NCBI RefSeq assembly: GCF_006345805.1
Contig: NC_043012.1
Location: 27,280,001-27,344,000, forward strand
Length of the DNA stretch: 64,000 nt
From: Octopus sinensis
Lineage: Eukaryota
Reading direction: 5' to 3'
Part shown: positions 12,077 to 24,769 of the stretch, in pieces
Layout: each line of letters starts with the position of its first letter
Numbering within the stretch: position 1 is the stretch's first letter
The notes under the pieces: model-generated
The model's database searches: none
Seen by the model: the letters and a program-made list of their open reading frames with translations, nothing else
Told to the model about the DNA's origin: nothing
Program-made: the position numbers and the translations under genes

Positions 12077-12355
12077 CCATGACTGACCGGGTTATCAGAT
12101 GTTGCTACACATCGCTGGTCACAATGCGCTTTGCATTGTTTTAGCCTTCAAATGATGCTACCCCGCTGGCTAAGCAAGCAGGCCAACAGAAGAAAGAGTG
12201 AGAGAAAGTTGTGACAAAAGAGTACAGCAGGGATCGCCCACCCCCGCTGCAGTTTTGTGGAGTTTAAACACTCACAATGCCCGGTCTGGGAATCGAAACC
12301 ATGATCCTACAACTTCGAGTCCACTGCCCTAACCACTGGGCCATTGCGCCTCCAC
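12077..12355 (-). mobile_element. tRNA-derived SINE with an RTE-type 3' tail
   Basis: Head GGCCCAGTGGTTAGGGCAG..GGTTTCGATTCCC (A/B boxes). Tail matches the LINE 3' ends at 14828 and ~48535. Confidence 0.8.
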
Positions 12356-12574
12356 ACACACACACACATTCTGATTGAATCTTCCATGTGCTATCATGTA
12401 CCTCTTTGCAACAATGTAAACTTTCATTTAATCAAGATATCCTTGGCTTCAAAAGTAACCTGTGGTATACACCTTGTTTGGATATTTAACACTTCTGAGG
12501 TTCCACTTGCTATGAAACATATGTATCCCAGGTCTTATCTATCCATTCTTCAACTCTTATATATATATATATAT

Positions 12575-13012
12575 CATCTAATGTAGGATAAAATTTTTCT
12601 AAAAAAATTCTATCAATGGCCAGCATATTAAAAAATACCTTTAAAGGTTAAATTTATAAACAATTTATAAGGGCAAAAGAAAAAATTTCTAATGCCAAAA
12701 TATGCCGAAAATAGACAACGTCAATAACCATGTAATTTATCACTAACAGGCACACATTTCGAAGAAAGCCGATAGAAATTTCTAAAACATCCCGATAAAT
12801 GCATTTATCACCGATGAAGGGAAGGTTCTTATGAACTAACTCTGAAATCGGGTCCGATATGGTAATAATGGGATTTTTTAGAAATTTCTATTGGCTTTCT
12901 TCGAAATATGTGCTTGTTAGTGATAAATTACATGGTTATTGACGTTGTGTCTATTTTCGGCATATTTTGGCATTAGAAATTTTTTCTTTTGCCCTTACTT
13001 ATAAATTGTTTA
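12575..13012. repeat. Foldback HHR-carrying element, subfamily C'
   Basis: Inverted arms ~12655-12785 / ~12880-13012 with the HHR in the loop. Flanked by (TA)n. Confidence 0.8.
12806..12860 (+). ncRNA. Type I hammerhead ribozyme (family C variant, U4C)
   Basis: TATCA-CCGATGA-AGGG-AA-GGTT-CTTATG-AACT-AA-CTCT-GAAA-TCGG-GTC-CGATA. Confidence 0.7.
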
Positions 13013-13130
13013 TATATATATATATAATTCATAAATGCCAAATATGCCGAAAAATTGGACATATTGTCCATTAACCATATCATTTTTCACAATACTCGAA
13101 AAAAGGTTTCTAAAAAATTCCATTATTACC

Positions 13131-13185
13131 ATATCGGACCGATTTCAGAGTTAGCTACTAAGAGCCCTCTCTTCGTCAGTGATAC
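13131..13185 (-). ncRNA. Type I hammerhead ribozyme (family C)
   Basis: Reverse complement reads GTATCA-CTGACGA-AGAG..CTCT-GAAA-TCG-GTC-CGATAT. Confidence 0.75.
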
Positions 13186-13827
13186 ATGTGGCAAAAGAAA
13201 TAAATAAGATACTTACTCATACCCATGGAAGAAGCAAATACAAAGTCATGGGCACAACTAAGTACCCCAAATACATCCAAAATAGAAATACTCCAGCCCA
13301 TTCGAGGCATGTGCGATTTGAACCGAGGCTCTCACAGAGTGAGTTAGTTAGTTTGGAAGTGAACGCTTAAATTTATATCAAATGTGAGGATAAAATTCTT
13401 TTTGAAAAAAAATATTTTCTCGAAAATATTGTGCGTATTGTGAAAAAATTATATGGTTAATGGACAATATGTCCAATTTTTCGGCATATTTGGCATTGGA
13501 ATTTTTTCCTTTGCCCTCATTTATGAATTGTTTATAAATTTAACCGTTAAAGGTATTTTTTAATATGCTGGCCATTGATAAAATTTTTTTCGAGAAAATA
13601 TTTTTTTTTGAAAAGAATTTTATCCTCACATTTGATATAAATTTAAGTGTTCACTTCCGAACTAACTAACTCACTCTGTGAGAGCCTCGGTTCAAATCGC
13701 ACGTGCCTCGAATGGGCTGGAGTATTTCTATTTTGGATGTATTTGGGGTACTTAGTTGTGCCCATGACTTAGTATTTGCTTCTTCCATGGGTATAAGTAA
13801 GTATCTCATTTATTTCTTTTGCCACAC

Positions 13828-13882
13828 GTATCACTGACGAAGAGAAGGCTCTTAGTAGCTAACTCTGAAATCGGTCCGATAT
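13828..13882 (+). ncRNA. Type I hammerhead ribozyme (family C)
   Basis: Core CTGACGA at 13834-13840. Stem II AGAG/CTCT plus GGCT/AGCT. GAAA at 13867-13870. GTC triplet, predicted cleavage after 13876. Confidence 0.8.
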
Positions 13883-14143
13883 GGTAATAATGGAATTTTT
13901 TAGAAATTTCTGTCGACCTTTTTTCGAGTAGCGTGCGTATTGTGAAAAAATTATATGGTTAATGGACAATATGTCCAATTTTTCGGCATATTTGGCATTA
14001 TTTTCCTTTGCCCTTATTAATGAATTATTTATAAATTTAACCGTTAAAGGTATTTTTTAATATGCTGGCCATTGATAAAATTTTTTTCGAGAAAATATTT
14101 TTTTTCGAAAAGAATTTTATCCTCACATTTGATATATATATAT

Positions 14144-14345
14144 CTGTTGAGGGGATTTTGTCTTGCATGATACTTGGTGACCCTGTTGGTGATGATGTCA
14201 CATAAAATGCACTGGTGCCAATGCCATGTAAAAAGCAAAGGTGCTGGTGCCACATAAAAAGCACACTGTACACTGTAAAGTGATTGGCATTAGGAAGGGC
14301 ATCCAGCTGTCGAAACCATGCCAAAATAGACAATGAAGCCTGGAG
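14144..14345 (+). mobile_element. RTE 3'UTR fragment
   Basis: GGCATTAGGAAGGGCATCCAGCTGTCGAAACC motif. Confidence 0.65.
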
Positions 14346-14427
14346 TGGCTTCCCACTTATCAGACAAGCAGGACACCATTCTGTTGGAAGGTTACCCACT
14401 TCTGGAAGAGTGCATAAATACATAGCA

Positions 14428-14790
14428 AAAGTAGGTGCAGGCACGGCTGTGTGGCTGAGAAGTTTGCTTCCCAAATGTGTGGTATCACAGTGTGACACCT
14501 GTATCATATTCAACAGCTCCAGGCCAGCTAAAGTCTTGTGAGTGAATATGGTAGACAGAGACTGAAAGAAACCTGTTGTGTGTGTGTGTGTATACTCTTG
14601 TCTTGTTATCAAGTGATGGTTGTAAATAAGCATCAACATCATAAAAGCAATGTTGTTTGTTTCCAGAATTCTGTAGAAAATATGTCTGGTTATGGGGAAA
14701 TATTACCTTGCCTCAAAACAGGTGAGCATAGAATATCTGCCTCAATAAATTCAATGTGACCCATGCAAGCATGGAAAAGTAGATGTTAAA
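14428..14790 (+). mobile_element. tRNA-derived SINE
   Basis: GGCTGTGTGG..TTGCTTCCCAA head. CCCATGCAAGCATGGAAAAG tail. Confidence 0.65.
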
Positions 14791-14827
14791 TTATGATAAT
14801 AAAACATATATATGAACACACACACAC

Positions 14828-17460
14828 ATCACTGTATTGACCAGGCTATCGGATGTTGTTATACATCGCTGATCCCAATGTGCTTCCAATTCTTTCTTGA
14901 TTGCACCAATTTTTTTTCCATCATGGCTCAAATCATTTAACTAAATCATTTTCTCAATATTGAGGAGGCCTTCAAGTAACCTTTTCTTGGATACCATTTG
15001 GCAACTGTACACCTGTTGTCTATGAACTTTGTGATGTGTCTTGCCCAGTGGAACTTGTCATTTCAGTATTCTGTGATCACATCATTCACTGTGCTCTTTT
15101 CTTGAATTTTCTTGTTTCAGATATACTGTCATAATGATATTCTTAGTATGGATCTTTCCATGGTCCTTTGCACTGTAATCAAGTGATATTTTCCCCTTTT
15201 TATAATAACCAATGCCTCACTAATAAAGACAGGTAGGATGATGCTATTGAGGAGTCTGCCTCATTTGCTTTCAGCACATCTTTTATCGAGGTAAAAGTCT
15301 TGTTGACTAAGTGTGTATTCACTGTGTGCTCTAAATAGATGTACTTCTTTACTTTCCCAATTTCATTGCTTCCTATCTCTATTTGACCTTGTGCTACATT
15401 CTCAGACCACGTGTATTTTGTTTTTATGTGGTTCCTTTTAAGATCTAGTGCTGACCTGTAGGTGTCCAACTCTGTCAGTATGGTCTGCAGCTAATTTATG
15501 GTTTTGGCAATGAGTACAATGTCACTGAAAATCAGAGATATGTTAGCAGCTTGCTGTTGATGTTCACACTGCCCAATGGCCAATTCTAGATATGCAGTGA
15601 AGAGCTTTGAAGAGATGGCATCTCATTATTTGATACCCTTCCCAATTAGAACTCTTACAATAGCAGAGTTAAATTAGTGGTGCATCCAGAGTTCACATCT
15701 GAGTATTTTGGTGCATTGAACTTTGACACCCTGCATTTCTAGAGAGTTTAGCACCACACTAATCTTGATACAATTGAAAGCCTTTTTGTAGTTGGCAAAA
15801 GCAATGCACAGAGGTAGCTTGTATTGGTTCATTTGTTCTATAAGCTGTGTTAGAGTGAATATGTGACCCATCATATTGTAGTTATTATGAAAACTTGCTT
15901 GCTCCATTAACTGCTGGTCATTGAAATGTTCTGATACCCTGCTGAGTGTGACCTTTGTAAATAACTTATTGCAGTAAGACAAGAGGTATGTGTGTCAATA
16001 ATTTCTTATGTCTTTTTTATCACCCTTATGAAGCAGGATGGTATTTGACGCTTTTCACAAAATGAGTACTTTCCTTTCCTTCAGATAGTGATTGAAGCTT
16101 AGAATGAGGATATTCCACCCCTTCACATCTCTGTTGTTATGCCATTTCTTCTTAAAGTTTTGTCTGCTTTAATCAGCTTGAGGGCATTTTCAATTTCACT
16201 GACCAGAACAAGTGGCACTTTTCCATCTTTTCCTTTTCTTTCCACTTTTCCTTTCCTCTACATTTGCATAAGCTTCTTCAATCTATAATTCTCAAAGATA
16301 TTATCTGATTGATTTACAGAGAACAAAATATTTAGGGTGTTCTTTCATGTTCCTCTTCATAATTTTCTGTTTCCCTAGCATATTCTTCATTTCCTTTGAG
16401 ATTCCTCCATTAGGCTTCTGCAGTTTTCGCCTTTTATATGTAGCTTTTAATTTTCTGGTCCAGTGAATTGTCATCTTCATCAATCTCTTCAGGCTGACTC
16501 CAAATTGCCCTGATGTATTGATGATTATTCATAGAGATAATGCAGGGCCTTCTCCCTGATTTTGTTGATCATAATCTTTGCCCATAGCAAGTGATGAACA
16601 CCGCTGGTGATGAATGGCACTATCACTGAGACGTTCAGCATTATGTGCCATTTGTCAACCAGGATATAGTCAATTTCCTTTTTGTACTGAGTGTTTCAGG
16701 CTATCCAGGTCTATCTCCTTCCAGATTGCTTCATGAATATGTTGTACTCACTGTAAAACTCTTCTTGCCTCTGCCATAGTAATTAAACATTCCCCTCTTT
16801 TGTTTCTCTTTCCCAATCTAAACCTTACAACATATTTCTTTCCCTGCTGTCCTTTTCCACCCTTTGTGTTGAAATCTTCATCACTATAGTGTAAGTGGAT
16901 TTGTGAGCTAGCACTTTATCTAGCTCTTGGTAGAATTCTTTCATTTCATCATCTGCACTGCATTTGTGGGAACATAGATCTGGATGATCTTCAGGGTGGA
17001 ATTTCCTGGGAGACAAACATCTAGCACTCTGATGCATGAAAGAAGACAATTTTCAAAGCTTATTCTTTGTTTTTGATGAACCTTGTTTCACCTGTTGCTC
17101 TCACACTGCTTGCTTTTCCAAGTCTTATGACACTCTCATCGGTCCATCTTACATTTATTTCTTTCCTTTGATCTTTTCTGCAGACTTCAAGCACATTGCA
17201 ATTTATCTTCTTTTTCTCCTCCATTAAATGGACCATTCCAGTTTTCTTTGCCTGAAACTTGCAGTTGTAAGTACATATACCAAGGGTTGTCTGATTCCTT
17301 GACAGCCTATGGGTACCTACTATTCTTAGTAGCCATTCAGATTTCTCTCCACTGCCATGGAGCAGTTTGACTGACCTGCAGAATGTTTGTTAACTATAGT
17401 AGCAGGGCACATGCCTTGGCAGATCCAGTCAAACTACTGACCCCATCCAAAGACTGTCTC
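14828..17460 (-). mobile_element. RTE (BovB-like) LINE, decayed: APE, RT and 3' end
   Basis: YQELDKVLAHKSTYTIV (APE), LPLCIAFANYKKAFNCIK (RT), KYIYLEH. 3' tail at 14828. Confidence 0.85.
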
Positions 17461-18030
17461 ACTGAAGCAAGCATGTAGTCTATTTGTTAGGCACGGAAGC
17501 TAGCTAAACTGCCTGTCTAGCCAGCACAGTGGATTCATTTAAAAGCTACAAAAAAATATATATGTATATACACTTTCTCCTACATCTCATTCTCACATCG
17601 CTTTATCTCTGGTGTTATTTGACTACCATAACCACATGCAAGCACAATAGATACATATGACATCTCCTTCCTATCATTACTGTCGTTCTTTTCCCACCCC
17701 AGAACTGCTTCCATTCTTCATTATCTTCTTCTGGCCATGCCTTTAACACTGATTTTATACCCCACCAGTCACTCCTATACCTCTCATCATCAATTACTAC
17801 AGTCACTTCTAGCCTGTCTAACCATCTTTCCTCACATTCTAATGGAACTTACCTCTGTCTCCCTGGCCCACTCACCCAGTTCAATCTTCTGAATCATTTC
17901 ACCCCATCCCACAATAATGATTATATATATATATAAATTAGAAAAAACCCACCTTTTATCAATTCAATAATGAAAAAAATAAATTATACCATTTAGAAAA
18001 ATTACATCTTATAGAAAGATTAAGATAAAA

Positions 18031-18651
18031 CAGTGGTTCCCAAACTATGAGTCGCGACCCATCTGTGGGTTGCGAACGGAATCTTAGTGGGTCGCAAAGA
18101 GTTATAAAATTACGCATTAGCTTTGATTAACTGCTGTCTATCGAGATAGTTCAAGACTTATGTTTTCAATACCAGACTTGTTTTATCAAGCATTAGGCTT
18201 TTTCACGAACTTAACAAATCAGAGGTTGTTATTTATTCGTATGTAATCATAAAAAAGAAAGGTCTGTTTTTACCTATTTATAGAGAACTTTAACTAGGTG
18301 AAGTATAACACTGATCGAGCCGATAACAGTTACTACTTCAAGGTTTTGTATTAGTGTTAGTATTTACACATAGGGTATAGAGACGTTGAAACAGTTATAA
18401 AACGTTTTGTTTCACATTTAATATAACTAGCAAAAAAATTAAATAAATAAGACATTATGGATTTCACTAGTAAGTTTATGAATTATTTAAAAAGTATAGG
18501 AGTGATCACCAGGAGGCAATCAATTAACCAATGAAATCTGAAATAAATTTGTTAATTTCATTAATGTTTTTACTCAGTAGAGTTAAGTGGGTCATCATAA
18601 ACTGGTGTGATAAATAGTGGGTCACGACTCTAAAAAGTTTGGGGACCACTG
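18031..18651. mobile_element. hAT (Charlie-like) MITE
   Basis: TIRs CAGTGGTTCCCAAAC / GTTTGGGGACCACTG. Perfect 8-bp TSD AGATAAAA (18023-18030, 18652-18659). Confidence 0.92.
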
Positions 18652-19357
18652 AGATAAAACATATACCAATGATTAAGTAATGTGCAAAATAATAAATAAA
18701 TTTTGAATTGTATTATGTTTGATTATTATTATTATTATTGTTGTTAAAATATTAATTTATATATAATTTCTTGGTAATTATTAGTTATGATATGTATATT
18801 TATTTATTATGTTTATTATTATTTTTATAATGTGATTTAACGTATTACATATAATTTAATTTGAGAAATAGTTTTGTAAGATAATATATTATTTAATAGG
18901 TGGTCTATTTATTACGTAGTATTACATTTAAGTAAATAAGTTTAATAGTAATTGATATTTTGGTCAACTATATAATTGAGTAAAATATTAAATCTATAGA
19001 TACTACATATATATTAATAATATAGTTTATATAGTAGGTGTGTATATATTTGAATCATTTCCTAATTTTAATTCTAATATTTATAGCTTGTACTAGTATT
19101 ATGTATATTACTTAACATTAAGTTTTTTAATATAAATTACTTAATGAGTATAGATTCAAATTATAGTATTTAATTTTCACTTAATGTATATTTTGTATTT
19201 TATACTTGTTTTAATTATTTTAATTAATTGTATCTTGTTTTTTATTATATTTTTTTTATTTAAACAACAATATATTTGTTAAGATATTTCATATTTTACA
19301 AGATTATATACATATAATTATTAATTTATCTAATTAATTATTTTATTGTTTTACCTT

Positions 19358-19440
19358 TAACCTGAAGAATGACTATATTTATATTGAAGTGATTTTACTA
19401 TTATCATTTCTTAAATATAGCCACGGAACATGTGTAGTTA
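19358..19440 (+). ncRNA. Degenerate type I hammerhead with long stem II (family F)
   Basis: TAAC-CTGAAGA-A-TGACTATATTTA...TAAATATAGCCA-C-GGAAC-ATGT-GTA-GTTA. One core change (A13G). Confidence 0.55.
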
Positions 19441-19749
19441 TTCTACCAAATATATACATTTTATTTATTATTTTGCACATTACTTAATCATTGGTATATG
19501 TTTTATCTTATATTTAATATTTCTATAAGATGTAATTTTTCTAAATGGTATAATTTAATTTTTTCATTATTGAATTGAGAAAAGGTGGGTTTTTTCTAAT
19601 TTATATATATATATTATATTTTGTGAAATTTGATTTAGTATTTCTAAATTGAATTTTTTCCTGTAAGTTTAGAATAATATTCCCTCATATTATTATATAT
19701 GTGTGTGTGTATAAGGCTACTCTTGTTGCAAAACCATTACTTCTTTTGT

Positions 19750-20225
19750 CAATCACCACAACATGACCATTCTTAATAAACCTAACAAGTGATGACAAAC
19801 CTAAATGTAATTTCAAAGATGTTGGAAGCTGTCCTTTAAAAGGTAATTGTCTAATTAAAGGCATTGTACACTGGGTTAAAGTACAGATTGACAACATCCC
19901 TATATATTAAAACTTATATCAGTACCACACAAAACAACTTCAAAACAAGACTTTACTCACACAGAAATTCCTTCAAACATCCAGAGAAAAGTTGGTAATG
20001 AGCCTAGGTAAGCACATATGACAATTAAAAGAAGCTGGTTCTGCCCCATTCATTTTGGAGAAAGCTAATCCTTACAGGCAGGGGTTGTACTGAAATTCTA
20101 TGAGATGTCTACTGTGCTTGAGTAAAAAGTAATTTATACTATTTCATGACAAATCTGCAATGAATCACAAAACAGAGCTCTTGAATTTCTGCAGACATGC
20201 ACCTAAGTCTATCTTGTGCTGTCAA
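19750..20225 (+). mobile_element. Penelope-like GIY-YIG endonuclease fragment
   Basis: KCNFKDVGSCPLKGNCLIKGIV..TYIS..FKTRLYSHRNSF..CLLCL..ELLNFCRH. Confidence 0.8.
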
Positions 20226-20569
20226 TTGATTCCATATGGATAGCCCATATAAGATTTACCAAACATTATTAATCTTTTAAAAAACTAAATTCTTTTAAAT
20301 AACTTGGTTTTTGTTGGTACTTTATAGTGTGTTTTCCCCACTTCTTTTTCACATCATCAAATTTTTTTGCTGCAGTATATTTGATGTGTTTCTTTCCAAC
20401 CACCACCCTAATAATTCTAGACTTATGCCTTGCAAACCTTGTTAAATTCTATTTTCATATTATCTAACTTTTAATTTCATATTATCTATATTTCTTATTT
20501 TGTAACCATCTTTATATCCTGTTACAAGGGCTTTCTGTTTTTGAAAATGTTTGTAGTTAGCATTCTTAC

Positions 20570-20990
20570 TTGTTACTTGCTTATGACTGTCAGTCATAGG
20601 CAATCCAAGACATTCATCCTCTTCCACCTCCAGCACATTGTTTCTCATGGGAGCAGACATGGCTGACAAGACCAATACAAGAAAGGCAGACACTGTAGCA
20701 CTGAGGGCACTGAAAGTGACTCTGATCAACAGCCACAAGGGGTTGATGATGATATCTCCTTTTCTCTTCAGAAAGTCTCCTGTGTTTGGTTTCAAAGTGT
20801 ACATCACCAGTATCACACATGGTTCTCCAGGTCTCCCCATTAACAGCCAGGAGCGCCAACCAATTGGGAGGGATACTGCATAAAATGAGAAACTGCTTGA
20901 AATGATCATGAAAACAAAGTTTTGGATGTCCAAGAGGCCTACCTGGCATCCGAATCATATGGCCAACCCAACATGTAGGCTATGTGATTC
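20570..20990 (-). mobile_element. RTE LINE ORF2 C-terminus with C2H2-like finger
   Basis: GRPLGHPKLCFHDHFK..WRTMC..FQCPQCYSVCLSCIGLVSHVCSH. Confidence 0.8.
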
Positions 20991-21094
20991 AGAGTTAGCA
21001 TGCACAAATTTTCATATATGCATGTATGAGCATATATACATATGGCTATGTACTTACACATGTATGCTTGTATGAGCCTACATTTATATATATA

Positions 21095-21485
21095 CTAGCA
21101 GTATCGCCCGGCATTGCTCGGGTTTGTTTCGACCCGCTGGAATTGGAATTTTTGAAAAGTAAAAATTTTGCATTATGTAGCTTGTTATTCTCTTCAAGTG
21201 AACATTTTTCTGGTTGAAATACACCAAAAAGTGGCGACACAGCAGTGAAAAAATCGTAAAAACTAGGGATTTTCATAGAAAAAAGCACGTTTTTGATGTA
21301 AATAATTTTTGGTGTTAACATGGTCCGATTTGAATTTTATCTTGTATGGAAGGAAGAGCAACCCTTCTTCTATCATACTCTCAATTTTGGTCAACTTGCG
21401 CCGCAGGGTCTCGGAGGAGATAGTGTTAGTTGAAGGCTACTAAACCTGGCGCATACAGACAACTTCAGCTTTATATATAGAGAGA
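21095..21485 (-). mobile_element. Non-autonomous Helitron (391 bp)
   Basis: Minus strand reads A|TC...hairpin (CCCGAGCAATGCCGGG)...CTAG|T, inserted in (TA)n. Confidence 0.75.
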
Positions 21486-21609
21486 TAACACACACACATT
21501 AATACACATACATACACACACACATGTATGTATGTATATATGTACATCTGTCCACTTCTTGCCATATTTTTATCTTCACTTCCTACACACACACACCTTT
21601 TTAGCTTAC

Positions 21610-22091
21610 AGCATTTGAAATGATAGAGGGAAATCGTAAAATATTGAGTTTTCTCGAATTTTTGCTTAATTGAGGGTCAAATTGAAAGAAATTTATATGC
21701 CATGACCCAATGGAATGTACTTTGAAAAATCATAGGTAAATTTCAATTGAAGAAATTGTGTGAGGAGTAAATCGTTATGTATTTATTTGTTTCTGTTTCC
21801 TGTGTATTTTTTTTTAGTAGTGGTTTAAGGTACACTTGCAAAGAGAAAGTAGGAGAAAGTGTGGTAATAGAAGGAGTGAAGCAGTTGATATGAGAGGCAA
21901 ATCGTAAAATATTTAGTTTTCTCGAATTTTTGCTTAATTGGGGGTCAAATTGAAAAAAATTAATATGCCATGACCCAATCGAATCTACTTCGAAAAATCA
22001 TAGGTAAATTCCAATTGAAAAAACTCTATATTGTACAATTGTATTAAAAAGAAACATAGTCACAGGCAGAGAAAATCTGCCTTTTATCATA

Positions 22092-22095
<4 letters not shown>
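21610..22095 (-). mobile_element. Helitron-like 5' remnant with ~120-bp internal direct repeats
   Basis: Repeats at ~21632-21751 and ~21899-22021. Putative ATC 5' terminus next to (TA)n. Confidence 0.45.
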
Positions 22096-22142
<47 letters not shown>

Positions 22143-22386
22143 GAAATTGAAACAACTAGAATATGTTACTGTTGTTACTGGTTCCCAACCTTTTTTCAGT
22201 TGCTGAACAATGAATATATTTTTCATGAATGAGCAATAATCATCTTAATTTATAATGTAATTTATTATATCTACATATATATGTATTTTGCATACATGAA
22301 TGTATGCATGTGTATCTGTGTGAATGTTTATAAATATATCTATATATGTATAGAGTGTGTTCATATATGTGTATGTTTGTGTGTGG

Positions 22387-22426
<40 letters not shown>

Positions 22427-22534
22427 CATGTATGTATGTATATAACTTAGAGAAAAACCTCTATTAAACAATTGAATGATGAAAGATATTATTCACACCA
22501 TATAGAAAACATTCTATAAAAAGCTTATTTTAAA

Positions 22535-24190
22535 AATCAATAAAACCCTCTCCATGACCTTCATCAACTGATCCAGCATTTTGATACCCCTGCAGTTATT
22601 TCTACCTAAAGCATCACGTTTACCTTTGTATCAGCTGACTATGGTGCTGCTACACCAGTCATTGGGTATGACTTCTTCATGACCCACCTGATTTACAATA
22701 TGGGTGACTAGGTCATAAGCCACACCACGAGATATTTTAAGCATCTCAGTGGTGATTCCTGATGGGCCGGGGGCTTTCCTTGTATTCATATCCTTAATTA
22801 CTTTATCTACCAGAGTACTGTCGATTCAGGTATCTGGTCCCTCAGTTGGGTCAACATTTGGGAGACTCTCCTCCTTCCATTCATTCTCCACGTTCAGCAG
22901 TCTTTCATAATGGCATTTCCAAGCCTCTGTCTTTGCAGATTCATTAAATGTAAATGCACAATCATCCATGTGGACACATTTCTCTCCTATGACATCACAA
23001 TTTTCTCTCACACACTGTTGTGCAATCCAAAATACTTCAGTCCTTTGGTCCTCACGTAGCTGAACATTGGCAAAACTTCTTTTCTGCTTCTCCCTTGGCT
23101 ATATATACCTGTCTCCTAGCCTCCCTTCTGGCTATCTGATACAGTTGCCTGCTACCCTCGCTCTTCCAGGTTTTCCAAACTCGTTTGTTTGCTCTAATGG
23201 CCCTGTCTACAGTATTATTCCACCACCATGTTACCCTAGGTCTGGAAGGAACTTTGCACTAGCCAGAGATTTGGTATGCGGCGCCGAGTAAGCTGTCACA
23301 CAGGAATTTCTAGTTGCCTTCTATGTCACAAATCTGTATATCTTCATTCCACTCATCAAATTTCTCAATGAGGATGTCCCTAAATCTCTGACCATGTGAG
23401 GGGTTCTCAAGCTGCCAAATCCTTTTTCTGGATTAGTCTGCTTTTTAGCATCCTTCTGGCCTAAAGTCTAAATCACTAATAACTAGTCTATGCTGGTGGA
23501 TACATTCTTCACCAGGGAGAGTCTTTGTATTTAAGAGCAACCAAGCTATCCACTGTCTGATGAGAATGAAATCAATCTGGATAGCAGAGTCACCTGACTG
23601 ATAGGTTATCAGGTGGCTGGCTGGCTTCCTGAAGTTGGTGTTGCAGATAAATAGGTTGCTTGCATCACAGAGTTCCAGTAGCCAACTTCCCTCTTCGTTT
23701 TGGGAACCAATTCTATGGTCCCCATTGTATCTTCAATGGTGTTCCATGGAAGATATCAGATTTCCATCCAACGTGCCCATTCAAATCTCCAGCCACAAAA
23801 ATGAGGTCATTGTCACTTGTCTTTGAGGTAGCTTGTAGAAAGATATCATAAAAGTGGTCCTTCTGTTCACTTGGTAGGCCCATTTGTGGGGCATAGGCAG
23901 AGATAATTGTAGCTAAACTACTCCACAAGACTAGAGCTTAAGCACTCTATTGCACACCCTGACTACTTCTATGACCTTATCCACCCATTTCTCTGCAAGG
24001 AGTATGCCTACACCACCTACTCCATCACTGTTACCTTCCCAGACGATATTATATCTATGTGACTTGCCTGTGAGGACCCTGGCTGAAGCTCCTCTCAACC
24101 TTACATACATCAACATTTCTCCGTTCAAGCATCTCTATAATCTCAGTAGACCTACCTTACATTACCAACTCTAAAAACTGAGAAAGGGAT
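22535..24190 (-). mobile_element. RTE LINE, APE domain to start of RT, decayed
   Basis: GNSDGVGGVGILLAEKWVDKVIEV, ISAYAPQMGLP..IFVAGDLNGHVG, AWKCHYERLLNVENEW. Confidence 0.85.
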
Positions 24191-24769
24191 GTAGGAGGAA
24201 ACATGGGGAGGAGAGATGTTATTCAGTGCCTGAAAAGAAGGTTTCTGTGTTCGTTTGATAGACATGCAACACTGGTTGTTCTTGCTTTTAACCTATCATC
24301 ATTCAAACATTCAAGCATGTTAAAATTGTTACCCTTACTCGGGGTAAGAGTAAATGTTATCAGCATTGTAAGTATAAGTGATATGAGCATCGTCAATTGC
24401 TGGTGCTGCAGATACAAATATAAATAAAAGAAAATATGAATATGAATATGCCAATGTTAGATTCAGTAAGTGGGCTGCTATCTGGTTGTCACGGGAAAGA
24501 TAGAGAGAGAGAGAGAGAGAGAGAAAGGAGGGGGTGAGATTGCAGGTATGATACAGGAGACCACCAGTACAGGAGGGGATTTCCGGTATTGGTGGTGGGG
24601 GTGGGAATGGGCAAATGCATTGCTATCAAGGAAGTATTATTTTAAAGGCAGCATGAAAATATTTAGCCAAAAATTAAGGCTTTAGAGAGATTTCAATTTG
24701 GAAGTTATATGAAGAATTAAGGCAAAAAACTAAGGCTGAGAGAGATTGTGCACAGATATATATATATCT

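Larger units (their letters stand above)
13027..14137. mobile_element. HHR-carrying tandem plus inverted non-coding element (~502-bp unit), retrozyme-like or pLTR-like
   Basis: Direct repeat 13431-13637 / 13933-14137 (period 502). Inverted copy at 13027-13426 of ~13590-14000. (TA)n on both sides. Confidence 0.8.
17933..19606. repeat. AT-rich foldback element with ~150-bp inverted terminal arms (left arm interrupted by a hAT MITE)
   Basis: 17933-18030 plus 18660-18705 is the reverse complement of ~19455-19606. (TA)n flanks. Internal HHR motif. Confidence 0.7.
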
